Assembly (NCBI GenBank): GCA_964617525.1
Contig: CAZTWG010000001.1
Span: forward strand, 1-14,922
Reading direction: 5' to 3'
Source of the DNA: an uncultured Gammaproteobacteria bacterium
GTDB taxonomy: Bacteria; Patescibacteriota; Patescibacteriia; UBA2591; UBA6264
Length of the DNA: 14,922 nt
Positions 6,129-12,553 of this stretch are shown one piece after another (the first letter of the stretch is position 1; every line of letters starts with the position of its first letter). The position numbers and the translations under genes are program-made. The notes under the pieces are model-generated. The model searched no databases and was not told the origin of the DNA. It saw nothing but the letters and a program-made list of their open reading frames with translations.

Positions 6129-6534
6129 AATCACTCGTTATGGAAAAAAGTGGTTCAGCTAATTCAAGTTCTCTTTTTGCAGCTGCTGGAGATTCAGAGG
6201 CATGTGCTACATTCTTAATGTTGTTTTCGGCTAATTGGCCTCTGATTCCATTGGGATATCTACCTATTACTTGAAATTTCGCTTTCTGAATCGCATTTTC
6301 TCCTTTTACTCTCATGATAATAACTGGTGCAGATGATAACCATTTGATGGTTTCGAAGTAATAATCTTGACCCTCATGCTCCCTATATAATTGCGCCACC
6401 CATTCTTTGCATAAATTGACGCATTTATAGAATGCAATTTCAAGGTCAAGTTTTTCTAGTTGATCACGGATAATTTTATCTGCACCCTTTTGGATGCCGT
6501 CGGGTTTGATGAGAACAAAAGTTTCTTCATACAT
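6127..6534 (-). CDS. ndk: Nucleoside diphosphate kinase (somewhat divergent)
   Basis: TFVLIKPDG start, LYREHEGQDYYFETI, GIRGQLA and NVAHASES (position of the phospho-histidine). 135 aa. AAGGAGG lies 8 nt upstream of the ATG (plus-strand CCTCC at 6543-6547). Confidence 0.8.
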   Translation of the reverse strand: MYEETFVLIKPDGIQKGADKIIRDQLEKLDLEIAFYKCVNLCKEWVAQLYREHEGQDYYFETIKWLSSAPVIIMRVKGENAIQKAKFQVIGRYPNGIRGQLAENNIKNVAHASESPAAAKRELELAEPLFSITSD

Positions 6535-6567
6535 TGTTTTATCCTCCTTATTGTTTTTTGTGCGTAT

Positions 6568-6597
6568 GCAAAGATATAATTTTTATTATATCTTTGC
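6568..6597. promoter_or_regulatory. Perfect 13-bp inverted repeat (GCAAAGATATAAT TTTT ATTATATCTTTGC) in the ndk/rpsO divergent region
   Basis: Arms at 6568-6580 and 6585-6597 with a 4-nt loop, followed on the plus strand by T5AGT5 (6598-6609). Each arm carries a TATAAT, one per strand. The minus-strand one sits 18 nt from TTGGCA (plus 6609-6614), a plausible ndk promoter. Confidence 0.5.
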
Positions 6598-6677
6598 TTT
6601 TTAGTTTTTGCCAAGCTACTGCGTTAAATTGTTGTGCTATGACATTATCATATTACTCTGACAAGCCACCGTAATGT

Positions 6678-6706
6678 TTGACATTTATTGATAAATAATA
6701 TAATAT
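6678..6706 (+). promoter_or_regulatory. Candidate rpsO operon promoter
   Basis: TTGACA (6678-6683), 17 nt, TAATAT (6701-6706). Alternatively TATAAT at 6699-6704 with a 15-nt spacer. It lies 48 nt upstream of ATG 6755. Confidence 0.5.
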
Positions 6707-6754
6707 TATATTATTGTGTAATTAATTAGAAAAAATAGTAAGAATATAAGATTT

Positions 6755-7027
6755 ATGACAAAAAAAGAAAAAAAAGAAAAAAAAGAAGAAGTTATTAAGG
6801 ATTTTCAAAAAAATCCTCAAGATACTGGGTCAGCAGAGGTCCAAATAGGTATTTTAGGAAAGGAAATTAAGGATTTAGCTGAACATTTGAAAAAACATAT
6901 TCATGACTTTTCTTGCAGGCGTAGTTTAGTACGAAAGGTTAGTGAACGTCGTAAGTTCATTAAATATTTAAAAATTAATGATGTAGCTAGTTACGAAAAA
7001 ATTATTAAGAAAATAAAGCGTAAATAA
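6755..7027 (+). CDS. rpsO: 30S ribosomal protein S15
   Basis: 90 aa. DTGSAEVQIGILGKEIKDLAEHLKKH...RRSLVRKVSERRKFIKYLK is colinear with bacterial S15. Confidence 0.93.
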   Translation: MTKKEKKEKKEEVIKDFQKNPQDTGSAEVQIGILGKEIKDLAEHLKKHIHDFSCRRSLVRKVSERRKFIKYLKINDVASYEKIIKKIKRK

Positions 7028-7035
7028 TCATATAT

Positions 7036-7635
7036 ATGCCTAAGCAAAAAGAGCAACAACACAAAGACCAAAGGGTAGGTGTTTTTGTTGACGTTCAAAA
7101 TATGTATCATTCTGGCAAAAATTTATATGGCGCTAACGTAGATTTTGATAAAATTTTAAACGCAGCTGTAGCGAATAGACAGCTCATTAGGGCTGTCGCC
7201 TATGTTATCTGCTCTAATACATCTGAAGAACAAAACTTTTTTGAAACTATTTCTAAATATGGGTTTGAATTAAAAGTAAAAGATTTGCAAATATTTTCAA
7301 GTGGGATGAAAAAAGGAGACTGGGACGTTGGTTTGGCTGTAGATGCCATTAAGTTAGCTGACAAATTAGATGTAGTGGTCTTAGTTACTGGCGATGGAGA
7401 TTTTATCCCTTTAGTTCAATATTTGAAAGAAAATAAGGGTTGCAGAGTTGAGTTATTGGCTTTTGCAAAAACAACTTCTTCTAAATTAATTAAAGTGGTA
7501 GACGATTTTTTGGATTTAGGAGGGAAGGCGAGTAACTTTTTAATTCGCAAAAGAGTTCCTATGACACGTAAACAAAATGTTGGATGGAATAGGAGTCGAA
7601 AAAGAGAAAAAAATAATAAAATAAATAAAAAGTAA
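7036..7635 (+). CDS. NYN-domain (LabA/DUF88-like, PIN-like) putative ribonuclease with a basic C-terminal tail
   Basis: RVGVFVDVQNMYHS..., KKGDWDVGLAVDAIKLA and DVVVLVTGDGDFIPLVQYLKENKGCRVELLAF match the NYN acidic-residue pattern. The tail is RKRVPMTRKQNVGWNRSRKREKNNKINKK. The start lies 8 nt after the rpsO stop. Confidence 0.8.
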   Translation: MPKQKEQQHKDQRVGVFVDVQNMYHSGKNLYGANVDFDKILNAAVANRQLIRAVAYVICSNTSEEQNFFETISKYGFELKVKDLQIFSSGMKKGDWDVGLAVDAIKLADKLDVVVLVTGDGDFIPLVQYLKENKGCRVELLAFAKTTSSKLIKVVDDFLDLGGKASNFLIRKRVPMTRKQNVGWNRSRKREKNNKINKK

Positions 7636-7684
7636 TTGAAAGATAGAATTAGAACAAATCAGTTCTACTAAATGAAAACAAAAT

Positions 7685-9823
7685 ATGGAATTTACAAGAG
7701 AAATTGGAGGGAAAAAAATGATTGTTAAAGTCGGAGAACTTGCCCAACAGGCTAATGGTAGTTGTTTAGTCCAGTACGGAGAAACAACAGTATTGGCTAC
7801 GGCAGTAATGGGTTCAGGCGATGGCGAGGGAATGGGTTATTTCCCGTTATCAGTTGAATATGAAGAAAAATTTTATGCTGCAGGCAAAATTAAAGGTTCT
7901 CGTTTTGTAAAAAGAGAGACTAGGCCTACAGATGAAGCTATTTTAACTAGTCGTTTAATTGACCGTTCTATCAGGCCTCTTTTTGACCAAGATTGTCGAC
8001 GCGCTGTGCAAGTAATTTTAACAGTTCTTTCTATAGACCAGGAGAATGACCCAGACGTAGTTGCTTTCACTGCTGCTTCTATTGCTTTGGCTATTTCTGA
8101 CATTGAATGGGACGGGCCAACTGCTGGAGTCAGGGTAGCTAGAATATTGGATAAGGATAGCGGAGATGTTTCTTGGCAGATTAATCCTAGCAATACAATA
8201 CGAAGCCAAAGTGATTTAGATTTATTTGTTAGCGGAATGAATGGAAGAGTATTAATGATTGAAGCTGGGTCTAAAGATGTTAGTAATGAAGTTATGGCAG
8301 ATGCTATTAAGTATGGGGTTAAAGCTTGCGAGGAAGTTAACGATTTTATAAAAGAAATTCAAAAAATGGTAGGAAAAGAGAAAGTGCCATTGATAGTTAA
8401 GACCCCTTCCTTAGAGGAAAAGCCAACTAGAGAAGAACTCAAGAAAATGACAGAAGAAGTTGTCACTAAAGAAGCTCCTAAGTATTTATTTGCCAAACCA
8501 TTAAAAAGTAAGCAGGAAAGAATCCAAGCAGCTGAAAAAATAAGAGAAAAATTAGAAGAATTTCTTCTAGAGAAAAACATAGGAAAAGAAAAACGCACAA
8601 AAGCGATTGAATATGCTAATAAATTAATTTATAAGCAGGTTAGTTTAGGTATTTTAGATAATAGTCAGCGTATAGACGGTCGAAAGCTTGATGAAATTCG
8701 TCCCGTCAGTTGCTCAGTAGGAATTTTGCCTAGAGTGCATGGTTCAGCCATCTTTAATCGTGGAGAAACTCAAGTGCTTTCAGTCATTACGCTGGGTGCT
8801 CCAGGCTCAGAGCAATATTTAGACACAATGGAAAAAAATATTCGTAAGCATTTTATACATCACTATAATTTTCGTCCCTTTTGTACTGGAGAAGCTAAGC
8901 CTATACGATTTACTGGTCGTAGAGAGATTGGACATGGGGCTTTAGCTGAAAAGGGGATGTTGTCAATGATTCCTGATATTGAAAAGTTTCCTTATATGAT
9001 TCGCATTGTTTCAGAGGTTCTTTCTTCTAATGGATCTAGTTCTATGGCTTCCCTTTGTGCTTCAGTTTTAGCCTCTATGGACGCTGGCATTCCAATCAGA
9101 AAGCCAGTGGCTGGCATAGCTATTGGTTTAGCTTCTGAAGAAGGAGAGAATGGATTTAAACGTTATAAGGTTTTAACAGATATTCAAGATTTAGAAGATG
9201 GCCCAGGCGGAATGGATTTTAAGATTATTGGGAGTAAAGAAGGAATCACTGCTATTCAATTAGATACTAAAACTAAAGGCTTGAGTCAGGATATTGTTGA
9301 AGAGACGTTACGGGCTTCTCAAAAAGCACGTATACAAATTTTAGAAAAAATGGCCGCTGTCTTAAGCCAACCCAGGGAAGACCTTTCAAAATATGCTCCA
9401 AGAGTTGTCATTTTAAAGATAAGTCCAGATAAAATTAGAGATGTAATTGGTCCTGGAGGAAAAATTATAAATGAGATTATTGCAAAAACTGGAGCAATGA
9501 TTGAGATTGAACAAACTGGAAATGTTTCGATTTCTTCTCCAGACAAAGAATCTTTATCTAAGGCTGTGAAGTGGATTAAAGATATTACAAAAGAATTAGA
9601 GGTGGGAGAAGTTTTTGAGGGCAAGGTTGTGAAGATTGTGGACTTTGGAGCTTTCATAGAATTAGCGCCTGGGCAAGATGGATTATTACATATTTCTAAA
9701 ATGAGTGATCACAGGATTAATCATCCTAGCGATATTATGAAAGAGGGAGATAAAATTCAAGTAAAAATAACAGATATTAATCCTCAAGGGAAAATTAGTT
9801 TATCTAGAGCTGTAGCGAAATAA
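7685..9823 (+). CDS. pnp: Polynucleotide phosphorylase
   Basis: 712 aa. N-terminus FTREIGGKKMIVKVGELAQQANGSCLVQYGETTVLATAV. Second RNase PH core RIDGRKLDEIRP...GGMDFK. KH motif GPGGKIINEI. S1 motif GEVFEGKVVKIVDFGAFIEL. Confidence 0.95.
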   Translation: MEFTREIGGKKMIVKVGELAQQANGSCLVQYGETTVLATAVMGSGDGEGMGYFPLSVEYEEKFYAAGKIKGSRFVKRETRPTDEAILTSRLIDRSIRPLFDQDCRRAVQVILTVLSIDQENDPDVVAFTAASIALAISDIEWDGPTAGVRVARILDKDSGDVSWQINPSNTIRSQSDLDLFVSGMNGRVLMIEAGSKDVSNEVMADAIKYGVKACEEVNDFIKEIQKMVGKEKVPLIVKTPSLEEKPTREELKKMTEEVVTKEAPKYLFAKPLKSKQERIQAAEKIREKLEEFLLEKNIGKEKRTKAIEYANKLIYKQVSLGILDNSQRIDGRKLDEIRPVSCSVGILPRVHGSAIFNRGETQVLSVITLGAPGSEQYLDTMEKNIRKHFIHHYNFRPFCTGEAKPIRFTGRREIGHGALAEKGMLSMIPDIEKFPYMIRIVSEVLSSNGSSSMASLCASVLASMDAGIPIRKPVAGIAIGLASEEGENGFKRYKVLTDIQDLEDGPGGMDFKIIGSKEGITAIQLDTKTKGLSQDIVEETLRASQKARIQILEKMAAVLSQPREDLSKYAPRVVILKISPDKIRDVIGPGGKIINEIIAKTGAMIEIEQTGNVSISSPDKESLSKAVKWIKDITKELEVGEVFEGKVVKIVDFGAFIELAPGQDGLLHISKMSDHRINHPSDIMKEGDKIQVKITDINPQGKISLSRAVAK

Positions 9824-9838
9824 TTTAATTATTTTATT

Positions 9839-10882
9839 ATGTCATTAAGCAAAAAACAAAAATTTTATCAGGGAGATAAAAAGAATGTTTTGGTTAGTGG
9901 CGGAGCTGGTTTTATTGGGTCTCATCTTTGTGATTATTTGGTTAAACAAGGAGATAATGTTATCTGTATAGATAATTTTTGTAGTGGTAATATCGAAAAT
10001 ATTAAACATCTTTTACAAAGACCAAATTTTCGGTTATTGAAATATGACATTAGTCAATCTATAGATTTAACTCAATTTTCTGAATTAAAAGATCTTCAGA
10101 TTGAATTGCGTGGTATTCAAGAAATTTATCATCTAGCCTGCCCTACTTCTGTCAAAAATTTTGATAATTTTCAGATTGATACTCTGTATACCAATATTTT
10201 TGGGACAATTAATATGTTAGAATTAGCTAAATTCTATCAGTCAAAATTACTATTTACCTCCTCGTCTGTAGTCTATGGTCCTGGAGGAGACGGTCAGATT
10301 AAAGAAACTGATATGGGTCCAGTTGATTTTATTGGGCCAAGAGCTTGTTATGATGAGGGCAAAAGGATTAGCGAAACGGCAATAACCACTTATTCTCGGA
10401 AATATAAAATAGATACTAAAATAGCTCGTATTTTTAGAGTTTATGGTCCACGGGAGATGCTTTTTGATGGTCAAATGATACCAGATTTTGTTTTGCAGGC
10501 ACTGAACAACAAACCTTTGGTTATTTATGGAGACGAAAAGTTTGCTACTTCTCTTTGTTATGTTGACGATGTTGTTCAGGGCTTGACCAATATAATGGGT
10601 TCAAAAGAATCAGGCCCATTTAATTTAGGAGATTCTCGCAAATATTTTTTAGCAGAATTAGCTAAGCAAATTATCAATTTAACTGGGTCAAGTTCAATTA
10701 TTAAATTTAAAGAACCGTTGTCTTTTATGAGACCTTTGGGCTTGCCAGATATAAGTTTAATTAAAGAAAAATTAGAATGGTTTCCAGTTATTACTTTAGA
10801 AACAGGTCTTAAAAAGATGATTGATTATGTAAAAGCAAATCGTATTCTTTTGCAACCTTTGGCGGAGAAATACGACAAATAA
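9839..10882 (+). CDS. UDP-glucuronate decarboxylase (UDP-xylose synthase)-like extended SDR, with an atypical active-site motif
   Basis: VLVSGGAGFIGSHL Rossmann motif, IDNFCSG, HLACPTS, IGPRACYDEGKR (YxxxK in UXS-specific context) and RVYGPR. Colinear with UXS as I remember it, but TSSSVVYG replaces STSEVYG. Confidence 0.75.
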   Translation: MSLSKKQKFYQGDKKNVLVSGGAGFIGSHLCDYLVKQGDNVICIDNFCSGNIENIKHLLQRPNFRLLKYDISQSIDLTQFSELKDLQIELRGIQEIYHLACPTSVKNFDNFQIDTLYTNIFGTINMLELAKFYQSKLLFTSSSVVYGPGGDGQIKETDMGPVDFIGPRACYDEGKRISETAITTYSRKYKIDTKIARIFRVYGPREMLFDGQMIPDFVLQALNNKPLVIYGDEKFATSLCYVDDVVQGLTNIMGSKESGPFNLGDSRKYFLAELAKQIINLTGSSSIIKFKEPLSFMRPLGLPDISLIKEKLEWFPVITLETGLKKMIDYVKANRILLQPLAEKYDK

Positions 10883-10914
10883 AAGTTTCTAATTTTTAAT
10901 TTCTATTTTTTTTG

Positions 10915-11616
10915 ATGAAAATTGTAGTTGTTATTCCAGCTTATAACGAGGAAAAAGTTGTTGGGGAAGTTGTCCACGCTGCCATTAAGGAAGGTTTTTC
11001 AGTGATTGTTGTTGATGATGGATCAACAGACAGAACAGGAGAAATAGCTCGAGATGCTGGGGCTAAGATATATCGTCATATTATAAATTTAGGATTGGGT
11101 GCTACCTTAGCTACAGGTTTAATGGCTGCCCGTAGATATAATCCTGACATAGTGGTTACAATGGATGCTGACGGACAACATCGAGCTCAAGATATTCCGC
11201 TGTTAATCAAACCTTTAGAAAATTTAAGAGCTGATTTTGTTGTCGGCTCACGTTTTTTGGGAAAATCTTTTCGCAAACGAGACGAGTCTGTTCCAGCTAT
11301 CAGATGGTTCTATAATTTATTTGGGAATTTAATTACTTATTTTCTATTTGGGGTTAAAACAACTGATAGTCAGTCAGGGTTGAGAGCTCTTAACTCTAGG
11401 GCTCTAGAGAAAATAAATATTCAAAGTTTAGAAATGGAAGTTTCTTCTGAATTTTTTAAAGAAATTAAAAATAACAATTTACGATTAGAAGAAGTCCCGA
11501 TTAAGGGGATTTACACTGAATATTCTATGTCTAAGCCTGATTTAGGTAAGACGCAGAACTTATTAACTGGAGTTAAAACTCTTTTTAATCTTTTCTTGCA
11601 CAGATTTACTAAATAA
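10915..11616 (+). CDS. GT2-family glycosyltransferase, DPM1/GtrB/ArnC-like (polyprenyl-phosphate sugar synthase type), lacking C-terminal TM helices
   Basis: KIVVVIPAYNEE, VIVVDDGSTDRTGEIA, VTMDADGQH (DXD) and GSRF...TDSQSGLRAL. 233 aa from ATG 10915 (TTG 10912 is less likely). No hydrophobic C-terminus. Confidence 0.8.
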   Translation: MKIVVVIPAYNEEKVVGEVVHAAIKEGFSVIVVDDGSTDRTGEIARDAGAKIYRHIINLGLGATLATGLMAARRYNPDIVVTMDADGQHRAQDIPLLIKPLENLRADFVVGSRFLGKSFRKRDESVPAIRWFYNLFGNLITYFLFGVKTTDSQSGLRALNSRALEKINIQSLEMEVSSEFFKEIKNNNLRLEEVPIKGIYTEYSMSKPDLGKTQNLLTGVKTLFNLFLHRFTK

Positions 11617-11629
11617 TTCTTTTTTGATT

Positions 11630-11965
11630 ATGATTTTATTTAAAATATTGTTTTTATTTTTCGTTTTATTAATCTTAATCCGTTTAGGGAAAAGATTTAA
11701 GAAACGACAAATTAAAATTACTAATTTTTTAATTTGGCTATTTTTTTGGTTAATAGCTGGGACAATAGTAATTTATCCTGAATCTACTAGCTATTTAGCT
11801 CGTTTTCTTGGAGTAGGCCGTGGAGCAGATGTAATTATTTATTTTTCCTTAGCAATTATTTTTTATTTTATTTTTTATTTCACTATTAGATTGCATGTTA
11901 TAGATTCCAAAATTGCTAAAATAGTGAGAAATATAAGTTTAAGAGAGGGAAAAGATGAAAATTAA
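11630..11965 (+). CDS. Small polytopic membrane protein, DUF2304-like
   Basis: About 111 aa, nearly all hydrophobic helices (ILFKILFLFFVLLILI, FLIWLFFWLIAGTIVIY, VIIYFSLAIIFYFIFYF), with the conserved-looking loop PESTSYLARFLGVGRGAD. ATG 11630 is preferred over TTG 11624. The family call is from memory of the DUF2304 pattern and its habit of following GT2 genes. Confidence 0.6.
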   Translation: MILFKILFLFFVLLILIRLGKRFKKRQIKITNFLIWLFFWLIAGTIVIYPESTSYLARFLGVGRGADVIIYFSLAIIFYFIFYFTIRLHVIDSKIAKIVRNISLREGKDEN

Positions 11966-12524
11966 AAGAAAAATTCCATTTTTTGTATTATTCATTTTTG
12001 ACATAATTAAATTGGTAGCTATTGCTTTTCTGATAGTTTGGCCGATTCATCATTTTATTTTTCAGCCCTTTTATGTTATCGGGTCTTCTATGGAGCCAAA
12101 TTTTTATGATAGAGATTATTTGATAGTAAGTAAAATTACTTATCGTATCAATCATCCAGAAAGGGGACAAGTAATTATTTTCCATCCACCAGCAAATGAT
12201 AAAGATTATTTAATTAAAAGAGTTATCGGTTTGCCTGGCGAAAAAGTTTTTGTAGAAAACGGTGGAATTTATATTACTAATTCAGAACATCCCAATAGAG
12301 AGAAATTAAACGAGAAAAATTATTTAGCTCCAGGATTAACTACGCCAGGCAAGATAGAAGTTCAATTAGAAGATGACGAATATTATCTTTTAGGAGACAA
12401 CCGTAGCATGAGTTTGGATTCTAGGTCTTTTGGCCCAGTCAAAGAGAATAGGATAGTGGGTAGGGCTAGTCTAATAGGTTGGCCTTTTGATAGATTCGGA
12501 TTAATTGAAACACCAGTATTTTAA
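11955..12524 (+). CDS. lepB: Signal peptidase I
   Basis: N-terminal TM helix, GSSMEPNF (Ser nucleophile), LIKRVIGLPGE (general-base Lys) and GDNRSMSLDSRSFGPV. GAGGG lies upstream of the ATG. It overlaps the previous gene by 11 nt. Confidence 0.9.
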   Translation: MKIKRKIPFFVLFIFDIIKLVAIAFLIVWPIHHFIFQPFYVIGSSMEPNFYDRDYLIVSKITYRINHPERGQVIIFHPPANDKDYLIKRVIGLPGEKVFVENGGIYITNSEHPNREKLNEKNYLAPGLTTPGKIEVQLEDDEYYLLGDNRSMSLDSRSFGPVKENRIVGRASLIGWPFDRFGLIETPVF

Positions 12525-12553
12525 ATATTAGAACTAAATTTAAAGCATAATTT

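Noticed and set aside
3550-6708. Direct repeats TAATGTTTGAC(R)TTTAT...ATAATATA at 3550-3580 and 6672-6702, considered as possible att sites bracketing the decayed islet plus ndk
   Set aside because: The exact identity is only 11 nt, which is expected many times by chance in 15 kb of AT-rich sequence. The conserved parts coincide with -35 and -10 promoter boxes at the same spacing, upstream of plus-strand genes. They are more simply two similar promoters.
7650-7667. Hairpin TAGAAC-AAATCA-GTTCTA in the NYN-pnp spacer, considered as an RNase III-type regulatory stem like the E. coli pnp leader
   Set aside because: It has only 6 bp, is AT-rich and has no flanking conservation that I can assess. 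It is too weak to call.
7703-7720. GGAGGG followed 7 nt later by ATG 7718, considered as the pnp start
   Set aside because: Residues encoded from ATG 7685 (FTREIGGKKMIVKVGELAQQANG) align with the conserved PNPase N-terminus. The GGAGGG is therefore coding sequence for Gly-Gly.
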